Positions 46,876 to 56,240 of a stretch of 64,000 nt of DNA are shown in pieces. Both the position numbers and the translations under genes were made by a program. How positions within the stretch are numbered: position 1 is the stretch's first letter; every line of letters starts with the position of its first letter. Source of the DNA: Candidatus Portnoybacteria bacterium (GTDB lineage: Bacteria > Patescibacteriota > Minisyncoccia > Portnoybacterales > GWB1-42-6). The notes beneath the pieces are model-generated. The model worked only from the letters and a program-made list of their open reading frames with translations. It was not told where the DNA came from and did no database searches. The DNA lies in assembly GCA_016208745.1 (NCBI GenBank), contig JACQXN010000020.1:9062-73061 (forward strand). The letters are read 5' to 3'.

Positions 46876-48141
46876 TTGATGTCCAGACAAAAAATCATCG
46901 TGGGCCTTGATATAGGCTCATCTAATATTAAAGTGGCGGTAGCTCAGCAAAGAGAGCAGGCAGAGCAGGCTTTTCAGATTTTAGGCGTGGGGCAGGCAAA
47001 ATCTTCTGGCATAAGGCGGGGGGTGGTGGTTGATTTGGAAGAAACGATAAGAAATATTAGAGAAGCCGTTATTTGCGCTGAGCGAACCAGCGGCATGCAG
47101 ATTGAAAACGCCATCATCAGTCTTGGCGGCGGTCATTTGGGTTGTCGCCAGAGCAAGGGCGTGATTGCTGTTTCCAGAGCCGATGGGGAAGTTTCAAGAG
47201 AAGATACAGACAGGGCAGTTAGCGCGGCTTCGGCCATTTCTTTGGGCGCTAATCGCGAAATCATTCAGATTATTCCCAAGCAATTTAATGTTGACAATCA
47301 GGGCGCGATAAAAGACCCGGTTGGAATGAGCGGGGTCAGGCTTGAGGTAGATGTTTTAATTGTTGACGGCTCAACGCCTTTTATCAAAAATTTAGTTAAA
47401 TGCCTTTCTGAGGCGGAGGTTGGGATTGAAGGTTTGGTGCCTTCTTCCTTGGCGGCTGCCCGTTCGGTTTTGGATAGACGCCAAAAGGAACTTGGCGTTT
47501 TAGTTTTGGATTTAGGCGGCGGCACGACCGGTTTTACGGTTTTTGAAGAAGGAGAGGTTTTGGATACCTGCGTTTTGCCGGTGGGTTCCGGCCATATAAC
47601 TAATGATTTGGCTATCGGCCTTAGAACTTCTATTGATGTGGCTGAAAAGATTAAATTAGAATACGGTTCTGTTTTGCCTGAGGAAATCAATAAAAGGGAA
47701 ATGATAAATTTAGAAAAATTAGGCGGTGAAGCAGGAGAAATTTCCCGCCAGAAGGTGGCGGAAATTATTGAAGCCAGGATCAGCGAAATTTTTGATTTAG
47801 CGTTGAAGCGCCTAAAGCAAATTGACCGGGCGGGACTTTTGCCGGCTGGCGTTGTCTTGGTTGGCGGCGGAGCTAAATTGCCCGGCTTGGTTGATTTGGC
47901 AAAAGAGAAGTTGAGGCTGCCGGCTCAGGTTGGTTTTCCGATTCAATTTGAAGGGATAGTTGAGCAAATAGATGATCCAAGCTTTGCGACAGTTTTGGGT
48001 TTAGTTTTGTGGAGCGAGGATGAAAGCGGCGAATTTAAAGCGCCAAAAATGCCTTTGGCAAATTTGTCGCGCAATCTTTCAAAAAAGATGAGTCCGCTGA
48101 TGAAAAAATTTAGAAGTTTGATTAAGGGAATAATACCGTAG
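46876..48141 (+). CDS. ftsA: Cell division protein FtsA
   Basis: Actin-fold N-terminus IIVGLDIGSSNIKVAV and a GGG motif VLVLDLGGGTTG. Confidence 0.9.
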   Translation: MMSRQKIIVGLDIGSSNIKVAVAQQREQAEQAFQILGVGQAKSSGIRRGVVVDLEETIRNIREAVICAERTSGMQIENAIISLGGGHLGCRQSKGVIAVSRADGEVSREDTDRAVSAASAISLGANREIIQIIPKQFNVDNQGAIKDPVGMSGVRLEVDVLIVDGSTPFIKNLVKCLSEAEVGIEGLVPSSLAAARSVLDRRQKELGVLVLDLGGGTTGFTVFEEGEVLDTCVLPVGSGHITNDLAIGLRTSIDVAEKIKLEYGSVLPEEINKREMINLEKLGGEAGEISRQKVAEIIEARISEIFDLALKRLKQIDRAGLLPAGVVLVGGGAKLPGLVDLAKEKLRLPAQVGFPIQFEGIVEQIDDPSFATVLGLVLWSEDESGEFKAPKMPLANLSRNLSKKMSPLMKKFRSLIKGIIP

Positions 48142-48437
48142 AATTTTTAATTAACCTAATTATTCTAATTTCTAATCAAATCCCAAAATCCCAATACCTA
48201 ATTTAATTTTAAAACAGGGATATCCGGTATTTTATTAGAAATTGGAATTTGGGAATTATTTAGGTCAATTAGAAATTAGGTTAATTAGAAATTCTCCTCC
48301 TGCCTCTTGACAGCTTTCGCCCTTTTGACCTATCCTGATATAATCTTTACATAAAGAAAAATTTCTCAATTTTTTCAAAATCTTTCCCTTCGACAAGCTC
48401 GGGGCAAACTAAGCCCGGGGTATAATTATAAAATATT

Positions 48438-49568
48438 ATGGCGCAAATTAAACCAAACATAGAAACATTTGCTAAAATAAAAGTAGTGGGAGTTGGCGGC
48501 GGCGGCGGCAATGCGGTTTCGCGAATGGCCGATTGCAAAATTCAAGGCGTGGAATTAATTGCTATTAATGCCGACGCGCAGGATTTGCATAGCTGTCTTG
48601 CTCCTCAAAAAGTTCTTATCGGAAAAAATTTAACCAGAGGTCTTGGCGCGGGAATGAATCCAGACATCGGCCGCCAGGCAGCTGAAGAAAACCGCGATGA
48701 AATCCACGAAGTTGTTAAAGGCGCGGATTTGGTTTTTGTTACCTATGGTTTGGGCGGCGGTGTTGGCACAGGAGCCGGGCCGGTGGTGGCCGAAGCAGCC
48801 AGAGATGCAAGCGCTTTAACTGTTGGCGTTGTTACCAGGCCTTTTTCTTTTGAAGGAAATCAGAGGTCTCGTTTAGCTGAAGAGGGCTTAAAGTCGCTGG
48901 CTGATAAGGTTGATGCTTTAATCACTATCCCCAATGACAAACTTCTTTCTATAATTGACCGCAACACTTCTTTATTGGATGCGTTCAAGGTGGTTGATGA
49001 TGTTTTGCGACAAGGCGTTCAGGGGATTTCCGATATAATCGTTACGCCCGGAATTGTTAATGTTGACTTTGCTGATTTGAAGGCGATATTGCAGGGAGCC
49101 GGCTCCGCGCTTATGGGCATTGGATTTGGTTCGGGCGACGATAGAGCAGCCGAAGCCGCGCGTCAGGCAGTAAATTCTCCTTTGCTTGAGGCTTCAATTG
49201 AGGGGGCAAGGGGAGTCGTGTTTAATGTTAGCGGCGGTTCTGATTTAACAATGGCTGAAATCAACGAAGCAGCTAAAATTATTACAGATGCTATTGACCC
49301 GCAGGCCAAAGTCATTTTTGGCGCGGTGACAGATGATAAATTAAAGAAAGGCGAAATAAAGATAACGGTTATTGCGGCTGGTTTTGGCGAACGCCAGGCC
49401 AAAAAAGAGGAAGCGACAACGCGTCTGCCGCTTGATGAAAGAATGATGTCTGCGGCAGCAAAAACTAAAAAACAGCCCGCTTTCACCACATCTCAGGTGA
49501 ATCCTACAGAAGGTCAGGAAGAAGACGAATGGGATATACCGGCTTTTATTAGGAAGAAGATGAAATAA
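48438..49568 (+). CDS. ftsZ: Cell division GTPase FtsZ
   Basis: Tubulin signature GVGGGGGNAV, a T7 loop and a C-terminal tail. Confidence 0.95.
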   Translation: MAQIKPNIETFAKIKVVGVGGGGGNAVSRMADCKIQGVELIAINADAQDLHSCLAPQKVLIGKNLTRGLGAGMNPDIGRQAAEENRDEIHEVVKGADLVFVTYGLGGGVGTGAGPVVAEAARDASALTVGVVTRPFSFEGNQRSRLAEEGLKSLADKVDALITIPNDKLLSIIDRNTSLLDAFKVVDDVLRQGVQGISDIIVTPGIVNVDFADLKAILQGAGSALMGIGFGSGDDRAAEAARQAVNSPLLEASIEGARGVVFNVSGGSDLTMAEINEAAKIITDAIDPQAKVIFGAVTDDKLKKGEIKITVIAAGFGERQAKKEEATTRLPLDERMMSAAAKTKKQPAFTTSQVNPTEGQEEDEWDIPAFIRKKMK

Positions 49569-49587
49569 TCCCAATCCATTTTTTAAA

Positions 49588-49622
49588 AAAGAGCCCATAA
49601 TTACAGGGCTCTTTTAGTTTTT
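49588..49622 (+). terminator. Intrinsic terminator downstream of ftsZ
   Basis: AGAGCCC-ATAATTACA-GGGCTCT followed by TTTTAGTTTTT. Confidence 0.55.
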
Positions 49623-49798
49623 AATCTCAGTTTTAGCATTAACTGGTTTAATTTATGAGGCATTATCTCTTTTTGCCTCAGTAATATCAGGCGTTCTTTG
49701 AGCCTTGAGAAGATAAAAATATTGACAAACTATCTATTATGTGGTAGCCTAAATAATCCAAAAATAAGGGGGAAAATCCCTTTAACCTACCCATAAAT

Positions 49799-50842
49799 AT
49801 GAGAATTTCTATTCTGATTCCTTGCCACAACGAAGAGCGGTCAATAGAAAGATGCGTCAAATCGTGTTTGGAGCAGACGAGAAAACCCGATGAGATTATC
49901 GTTGTGAACGACGGCAGCACCGATAAAACCGCCCAGATTCTGGCGGGTTTTGGCGACCAAATAAAAGTGGCTAATATTGAAAAGGCGACCGGCAATAAAA
50001 GCTATGCCCAGGAATTTGGGTTGCAATTTATAACCGGCGACATATTTATTGCCACAGACGGGGACACTTTTCTAGACAAAGATTTTGTCAAAACGATTGA
50101 GGAAGATTTTCTTGCCGAGCCCAAGCTGGCGGCAGTTGGTGGCTATGTCAGAAGTTTAAAGTATAATTGGTTGACCGCCTGTCGGGAAATGGATTATATC
50201 CTTGGGCAGGATTTATATAAAGTGGCCCAGGCAAGCATTGATTTCCTTTTTGTTATTCCCGGATGCGCCGGCGCTTTTAAGACGGATATTTTCAGACAAT
50301 ATATTAAATTTGATCACGACACCCTAACCGAAGATTTGGATTTTACATACAAGCTTCATCTTAATTATTTCAAGATTAAATATAACAAAAAGGCGATTTG
50401 CTATACGCAAGACCCCTTTACGCTTGGAGCCTATATTAATCAGATGAGGCGCTGGTTTGGCGGCGGCTGGCAGAATTTGATTAAGAACTTTCGGATTGCT
50501 AACCGGCCGGCCAACGCGCTTGAGCTTTCTTTAATGTATATTGAGGGGCTCATCTTTTCTTCCTGCCTCTTTATTTTCCCTTTGGTTAATATCCTCTTTT
50601 TTGAGCGGTTTATGAGCGCCTATTGCGTTTTTGTGCTTATGCTGGGTCTTTACTGCTCAATTAAAAGAAAAAGAATTGATCTTCTGCTTTTCTCCCCGCT
50701 TTATCTTGTTTTGGTTTTTATAAATTCATGGGTGTTTTTAGAGCAGTTTGTTAAAGAAGTTGTCTTGGGGCGAAAAAATCTGGATTGGTTTAAGCCGGAG
50801 AGATTTAAAAACGAGGAAATGAATCTAGCGCAGAAAATTTAA
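49799..50842 (+). CDS. Processive family-2 glycosyltransferase (PgaC/IcaA/NodC-like; QxxRW motif)
   Basis: GT-A N-terminus ISILIPCHNEERSIERCVKSCLEQT, DxD (TDGDT), and QMRRWFGGGW (QxxRW), with C-terminal TM helices. Confidence 0.8.
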   Translation: MRISILIPCHNEERSIERCVKSCLEQTRKPDEIIVVNDGSTDKTAQILAGFGDQIKVANIEKATGNKSYAQEFGLQFITGDIFIATDGDTFLDKDFVKTIEEDFLAEPKLAAVGGYVRSLKYNWLTACREMDYILGQDLYKVAQASIDFLFVIPGCAGAFKTDIFRQYIKFDHDTLTEDLDFTYKLHLNYFKIKYNKKAICYTQDPFTLGAYINQMRRWFGGGWQNLIKNFRIANRPANALELSLMYIEGLIFSSCLFIFPLVNILFFERFMSAYCVFVLMLGLYCSIKRKRIDLLLFSPLYLVLVFINSWVFLEQFVKEVVLGRKNLDWFKPERFKNEEMNLAQKI

Positions 50843-50861
50843 TTTTAAAGGGCAAACTTAT

Positions 50862-51347
50862 ATGCTTCCAAACGGATTATCGCTTATCGTGCATTTACTG
50901 ATTTTATTTTTAGTCTTTCTTAAAAGAACGATTGATTTGGCTATTCAAAAATTAGGATGGTATATTTTAAGATTTAAAATAAGTTTCTGGTTTAGAAAAA
51001 AATTGATTGTTTTTTTAATTGGCCAGCCGGGGAATATATTGTCCAGAAAAATCCTTTCTTATGCGATAGTGCTGTTTGTTTTTTCCGCTATTTCTTCTTT
51101 GATGATAATTTCAATGTGGCCGCGCTTAAGCACAGATTCAAACATAGAGCTTGTTGGGAGCGTATTAAAAAATAATTTTGCGGTTGCTGATGAAAGGGCC
51201 GCGGAAGTCTTTATCAAAGATGATTTTGATGTGGAGTATATCAATGTTTTGCCTTCATCTGATGACATTTCTTATCCGGAGCAAGACGTTTTTGTAGCGC
51301 TCCTGCCGGTTTCTGAAGATATCAAAGAGCCGATTAATAATAATTAA
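50862..51347 (+). CDS. Small membrane protein, possibly PgaD/IcaD-like accessory subunit of the GT2
   Basis: 161 aa with 2-3 TM, immediately downstream of the GT2 gene. The functional link is inferred from position only. Confidence 0.4.
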   Translation: MLPNGLSLIVHLLILFLVFLKRTIDLAIQKLGWYILRFKISFWFRKKLIVFLIGQPGNILSRKILSYAIVLFVFSAISSLMIISMWPRLSTDSNIELVGSVLKNNFAVADERAAEVFIKDDFDVEYINVLPSSDDISYPEQDVFVALLPVSEDIKEPINNN

Positions 51348-51393
51348 ACCAACGCTCAAGCCCGGCGCTAGACGCTAATCAACTGACCAAAAA

Positions 51394-52749
51394 ATGAAAA
51401 AAATTTATTTAATTCCAATTTATATCCTCTGTGTAAGCCTAATCTTTTCGCCGCTTAATTTCTTGTTGGCGGCCGATAAAGTTGATTTGGCCGGATACGC
51501 AATGAGCCGTTTGAGCGGTCTGTCTTTTGGCTTGTTTAATCAAGACCAAAATCAGTCAGAAGAACTAATCTTGTTAGACGGGGATATCTCTGAAGAATTT
51601 TCCTTGCTTTCGCCCGGCGCGCCATTTGGCCCCAATCTTATTAAAAATCCCTCGCTGGAGACAGCCGGCCTTTTAAGCGGTTTGCCGGAGTTTTGGTCCC
51701 ACGGAAGTTGGGACAAAAATAATCCAGTTCCAAGCTACCCGGTTTCTGGATTTGACGAAGAAAGAGCGGTTAGGATAGATATTGATAAATACGTTGGCGG
51801 AGACAGCAAATGGTATTTTGAAGACGTGGAGATTGCCGCTGGCAAGCATTATCTTTTTTCGGATTCATTTAAGTCTACAATTCCCAGCGTTTTAACTGCC
51901 AGATTCCTTTTAGCCGATAATACTTATCGATATTTTGATGTTGCTAATTTGCCTGCTTCATTTATTTGGCAGACAGCCTCGCAAATGATAACCGCGCCTT
52001 ATAACGCAAAATCGCTGACAATTTTCCATTCAATAAGAGGTAATGGTTCGTTGACTACTGATAACTTTTCTTTAAGAGAAATACCGGTCAGCGGCGGATT
52101 TTCTCAAGGTTTTGTTTCTTTGGATTTTGATGATGGTTGGGCGCTTACCTATAAAAACGCTTTGCCGATTTTAAACAAAGCGGGTCTAAAAAGCACGCAG
52201 AGCATAATCAGCGGTAGCATAAAAGATTGGCATTATGTTAATAAATCTCAGATTTTAGATATGCAAAATTCCGGACACGAAATTGCTTCGCATACAAAAA
52301 CGCACGCAGACTTAACTCGATTTTCAGCGAGCCGGGTGAAAGATGAAGTAGCCGGCTCAAAGAAAGCTTTATTATCGCTTGGCGTGGAGGCAATCAATTC
52401 ATTTGTGTATGCTCACGGAAAATACAATAACCAAGCAGAGGAAGCCGTAAAGGATGCTGGCTTCATAAATGCAAGAACCATTGATATTGGTTACAATACA
52501 AAAACATCCAATCCATATTTATTGAAAAGTCAGGTAATCGCATTAAACACTAGTTTTGATGAAGTAAAATTCTGGATTGACAGAGCGATTGCCGATAAAA
52601 CTTGGGTGATTTTGGTTTTTCATCAGATAGATTATAGCGGTCAAACATATAGCGCTACCCCAGAAATGTTGCAGCAAATTGTTGATTATCTAGTTTTACA
52701 GAATGTTTCGGTTTTGACCAATTCGCAAGGCGCGGCATTGCTTGAATAG
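51394..52749 (+). CDS. Secreted polysaccharide deacetylase (NodB homology) with an N-terminal CBM-like domain
   Basis: Signal peptide, a CBM-like segment (NLIKNPSLE...), then NodB motifs VSLDFDDGW and HEIASHTKTH. Confidence 0.75.
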   Translation: MKKIYLIPIYILCVSLIFSPLNFLLAADKVDLAGYAMSRLSGLSFGLFNQDQNQSEELILLDGDISEEFSLLSPGAPFGPNLIKNPSLETAGLLSGLPEFWSHGSWDKNNPVPSYPVSGFDEERAVRIDIDKYVGGDSKWYFEDVEIAAGKHYLFSDSFKSTIPSVLTARFLLADNTYRYFDVANLPASFIWQTASQMITAPYNAKSLTIFHSIRGNGSLTTDNFSLREIPVSGGFSQGFVSLDFDDGWALTYKNALPILNKAGLKSTQSIISGSIKDWHYVNKSQILDMQNSGHEIASHTKTHADLTRFSASRVKDEVAGSKKALLSLGVEAINSFVYAHGKYNNQAEEAVKDAGFINARTIDIGYNTKTSNPYLLKSQVIALNTSFDEVKFWIDRAIADKTWVILVFHQIDYSGQTYSATPEMLQQIVDYLVLQNVSVLTNSQGAALLE

Positions 52750-52779
52750 TTTTTGAATTGAATCATAGGCTCTGTTATT

Positions 52780-52849
52780 TGTCATTCCCGCGAAAGCGGG
52801 AATCCAGGCTCTTTTTTGAATCTAGATTCCCGCTTTCGCGGGAATGACA
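52780..52849. mobile_element. MITE of the TGTCATTCCCGC-TIR family (inverted pair of REP-like hairpins)
   Basis: TGTCATTCCCGCGAAAGCGGGAATCCAG...ATCTAGATTCCCGCTTTCGCGGGAATGACA. The two halves are reverse complements of each other. Confidence 0.6.
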
Positions 52850-52923
52850 AGACTGAGTATTATGTAATTCAAGCAGGAAGTTTTTTAAAAACAAAATAAA
52901 ACAAAAACATAAGGAGGCAAAAG

Positions 52924-54162
52924 ATGAAAGCAAGATTGAACGGTGTTTTTTTGGTGGCTTGTGCGGTTTTTTTCTTATTAACCTTAACCAGCGCGAGTTT
53001 CGCGTATGAACTGCCAAAGATGGTCGGCATTACCTGTGATGACGGGCAAGCCGATTCTTTGGAAAGAATGCTGTCTGTCACGATCCCTCTTGGGCTCAAG
53101 GTTGACCTTTTTTTGGTTACTGATTTCCTTGATGAAGGGGATTGGTCTATTGACTGGGCCAGGGCGAAAGAGCTCCAAACTCTTTATCCCGGCCTAGTTA
53201 AAATCAATAGTCACTCAAGGACTCATCCCTACTTTACGTCGCTTACCAATGCGCGATTGATTGATGAGACGCGCGGCTCAAAGCTTCAGTTCTCGGCTCA
53301 CGGCATTAATACAGATGACATGGGGATCGCCACGCCGTATGGCGACTTCAACCTTAAGGTCTTGTCTTTTGTGGCAAGATATTATCCTTGGCATCGGGCG
53401 GCTTGGGATTATGATGGTGATGGCGTGATCAACAAATGGCCTTTAAATGATTGTCAGTTGGAGATCTTTGAGCCGACACCGAATATGCCGGGCGAAGAAG
53501 TGATTGCCCGGGTCCAAGAAGACATAGCGCAAGGTGGACTTCCATTGCTTTTATTCCACGAATTTACGCCGGCTGGCGTTGTGCCGGGAGATTGGCAATA
53601 TCCAATTGAGGAATTCAAAAAAATTGTAAATTGGATTGCCGCAAACAGTGACACGATTAAATCTGTCACGATTTCGGAGGCACTGCATCTAACCGACGCC
53701 CCAAATTTGGTGAAAAACTATTCTTTTACTAACCGGAATGTTAATGGTTGGGCGAAGAATTGGTCGCGGAGCGGCGCGGGAGTTACGATCAATACGGCTC
53801 ACCAGGGCAATTTTCCTGAATTTACAAACAGCTTGCGAATTGTCGGTGGTTCTGTGGAGCGCAAAGCCTGGAACGATCAGGTGCCAGTGGATGAGGGCTC
53901 CGAATACATTATCAAGATGTATCAGAGCTGCCAGAATTGGGTCGCGGGCGGTTGGTGCGTCTGGGTTGATGAATTTAACTTAGACGGATATTATATTGGC
54001 GGCCAACGGTTAGGAGGCAACTACTGGAACTTCGTTGGCTGGCGGTATTATCAATATCAGCCTTCACCCGGAACCGCCAAAGCTTCTATCCAACCTTATG
54101 TAGAGGCGGGCAGTCGGTTGACTCTGTTCGTTGATTCAGTGGAGATGAGGAAGCTGCCATAG
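52924..54162 (+). CDS. Secreted polysaccharide deacetylase (NodB) with a C-terminal CBM-like domain; paralogue A
   Basis: Signal peptide, NodB motifs (ITCDDGQAD, NSHSRTHP), and a C-terminal CBM-like domain (NLVKNYSFTN...FVDSVEMRKL). Confidence 0.75.
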   Translation: MKARLNGVFLVACAVFFLLTLTSASFAYELPKMVGITCDDGQADSLERMLSVTIPLGLKVDLFLVTDFLDEGDWSIDWARAKELQTLYPGLVKINSHSRTHPYFTSLTNARLIDETRGSKLQFSAHGINTDDMGIATPYGDFNLKVLSFVARYYPWHRAAWDYDGDGVINKWPLNDCQLEIFEPTPNMPGEEVIARVQEDIAQGGLPLLLFHEFTPAGVVPGDWQYPIEEFKKIVNWIAANSDTIKSVTISEALHLTDAPNLVKNYSFTNRNVNGWAKNWSRSGAGVTINTAHQGNFPEFTNSLRIVGGSVERKAWNDQVPVDEGSEYIIKMYQSCQNWVAGGWCVWVDEFNLDGYYIGGQRLGGNYWNFVGWRYYQYQPSPGTAKASIQPYVEAGSRLTLFVDSVEMRKLP

Positions 54163-54257
54163 ATAATTATTTCCCCCTTTATAAAAGGGGGATTCAGGGG
54201 GATTTTTAAAATCCCTCCCAGCCTCCTTTTTTCAAGGGAGGAGTAAGAAAACAAATA

Positions 54258-54294
54258 CACCCGACGCAAAATAAAGCGTCGGGTTTTTAATTTT
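54258..54294 (+). terminator. Intrinsic terminator, CACCCGACGC-N8-GCGTCGGGT plus T5
   Basis: Perfect stem plus TTTTT. It is duplicated after the next paralogue at 55685-55718. Confidence 0.6.
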
Positions 54295-54397
54295 AGCAGC
54301 ACAAAAAACTTGACAACATTATTGTTGTGTGTTAGATTGGTTGATTCAAAGAGTGAGGAGAAATTCCTTAAAAACAAAACAAAAACGGAGGTAAAAA

Positions 54398-55621
54398 ATG
54401 GAAACAAGAAAGGTAGTAAGTATTTGGATGATTATTTTAGCGGTAACTTTTATGGTAACCGCGAATTCGGCCGCTTATGAGCCGCCGGCCAAGTGTACAA
54501 TCTTTTTTGATGATGGTCAGAGGTCAATTTATGACATCGCCTTGCCTATAATGGCGGCGAGAAACCTTAAGGCCGTAATTTGCCCTAGGGCCGATTGGAT
54601 GGGTTTGGGAGAAGGCTGGGTGATGAACTGGGAAGAGGTCTCGACTCTGAAGACGCAATATAAGTGGGAAGTTACCAGCCATGGAATAGACCATCCAGAT
54701 TTCACCACATTGTCAGACCCGGATCTGGAATGGCAGATGATAGGTTCCAAGGATGCATTTGCCGACCACAATATTATTGTTAGGGGCATCGCAACGCCTT
54801 TTGGTGCTTACAATGGCAAGGTTTTGTCGGCTATCGCCAGAAACTATTTTTGGCATCGCACAGCAGACGCAGGGGTGGATTCTTGGCCCTATAATGACTA
54901 TATGCTTAAGGTTATAGAGCCAAAAAGGGACACGCCGCCTGAAGATGTAATTACGCAACTTCAGGACGCCTTTGCTCAAGGCCAATGGCCTAAGCTTTTG
55001 TTTCACAATCTCGTGGATGGGGTGCCGTTGGATTATCAATACAACTCGGCGGACTTCGCCCAGATTATGGACTTTATCCAAGCAGAGAGAGACCGGGGAG
55101 CCGTTAAGGTTGTGACGGTTACGCAAGGTTTGAGGTTGCCTGCTGGCAACAACTTGGTGCCAAACAGCAGCTTTGAGAATTTAAAACCCAACGGTTGGCC
55201 AAAAAATTGGTGGCTGAATGATGGGGCTGATTCAAGCAAAGTCTTCTTGGACAACGCTAATCACGGTAATTTTCCAAAGCCGAAAAACTCCATCAAGATT
55301 ATTGGTGATGCTCTGCCGCAAGGCATCCAATCAGCCAAAATCGCAGTCAGCAGTAATTCTGAGTATATCGTCAAGATGTTTCAGAATGTTCAAGATCTTG
55401 TTGCTGGTGGTTGGAGCGTCCATGTAGACGAATTTGACTCATCTGGCGCTTATATCGGGACTCGGTGCCTTGGCAACAACTGGGATAATTTCTTTGACTG
55501 CCGGTATTATGAATATCAGCCATCTGTCAAAGCCGTGAAAACGGCTATCATAATTTCAACTTGGGAAAACAGCGAGTTGACGCTACGTGTTGACTCGGTT
55601 GAATTCCGGAGATTAAATTAG
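54398..55621 (+). CDS. Secreted polysaccharide deacetylase (NodB) with a C-terminal CBM-like domain; paralogue B
   Basis: Same architecture as 52924..54162 (IFFDDGQRS, SHGIDHP, C-terminal ...VDSVEFRRLN). This is a tandem duplicate that includes the downstream repeat and terminator. Confidence 0.75.
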   Translation: METRKVVSIWMIILAVTFMVTANSAAYEPPAKCTIFFDDGQRSIYDIALPIMAARNLKAVICPRADWMGLGEGWVMNWEEVSTLKTQYKWEVTSHGIDHPDFTTLSDPDLEWQMIGSKDAFADHNIIVRGIATPFGAYNGKVLSAIARNYFWHRTADAGVDSWPYNDYMLKVIEPKRDTPPEDVITQLQDAFAQGQWPKLLFHNLVDGVPLDYQYNSADFAQIMDFIQAERDRGAVKVVTVTQGLRLPAGNNLVPNSSFENLKPNGWPKNWWLNDGADSSKVFLDNANHGNFPKPKNSIKIIGDALPQGIQSAKIAVSSNSEYIVKMFQNVQDLVAGGWSVHVDEFDSSGAYIGTRCLGNNWDNFFDCRYYEYQPSVKAVKTAIIISTWENSELTLRVDSVEFRRLN

Positions 55622-55684
55622 CAAAAAGGGGAATAAATCCACCCCACCCCTCCTTTTTCAAAGGAGGGAGTAAAAAAACAAATA

Positions 55685-55718
55685 TACCCGGCGCAAAGCA
55701 ATGCGTCGGGTTTTTAAT
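55685..55718 (+). terminator. Intrinsic terminator (duplicate of 54258-54294)
   Basis: ACCCGGCGC-N9-GCGTCGGGT plus TTTTT. Confidence 0.55.
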
Positions 55719-55768
55719 TTGTCCGGCCTTTATTTTCAGGAAGTTATCCACAATAAACTTTTGACGTC

Positions 55769-56240
55769 TTGACAGCATTTTACTATTTGCTAAACTAATA
55801 TAACGCCTTAAAAAGGCGCTAAAAAACCATAGATTAAAATTAGAAAACAAAATTAGAATTTAGATTTAAACCACCTACGGAGGGTAGCGAGAATCGTAAT
55901 GCAAGAGCCCGATAAGCTCACACATTACATACTGATTGACTAGAAGGGTGGTTTTTTTATTTTCTCGTCAAAAATTTCAAGTGTTAACGCAGAAATTTTT
56001 GTAACGAGAAAATAACCCCGCATTTATTCTTACCAAAGGGCAAGAAGACCAGTAAACGAAGGCGCAGGTCTCAAGGCCGGAGCCGTTTCGCGCAATAATA
56101 CAGAAATAGATAAACTTGGCTGGAATAAGTGCGGGGTTGAAAACAGAATTTATTGTCCGCATACCCGCCGTCGCCAAGGCTTTGGCGGGCAGGCGCGGGA
56201 GATTCTTCTCCGTCCGCAAATGCGGACGGAGAAGAATGAC
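55769..56240 (+). ncRNA. Copy A of a conserved promoter plus structured non-coding element of unknown class
   Basis: Promoter TTGACA-16-TAAACT, then hairpin H1 (AAACCACC...GGTGGTTT plus T-run), hairpin H2 (16-bp stem), a domain H3 closed by a 15-bp stem ACCCCGCAYTTATTC/GAATAAGTGCGGGGT, and a 17-bp perfect hairpin at 56195-56236. It is homologous to 62808-63205 with compensatory changes. Confidence 0.5.
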
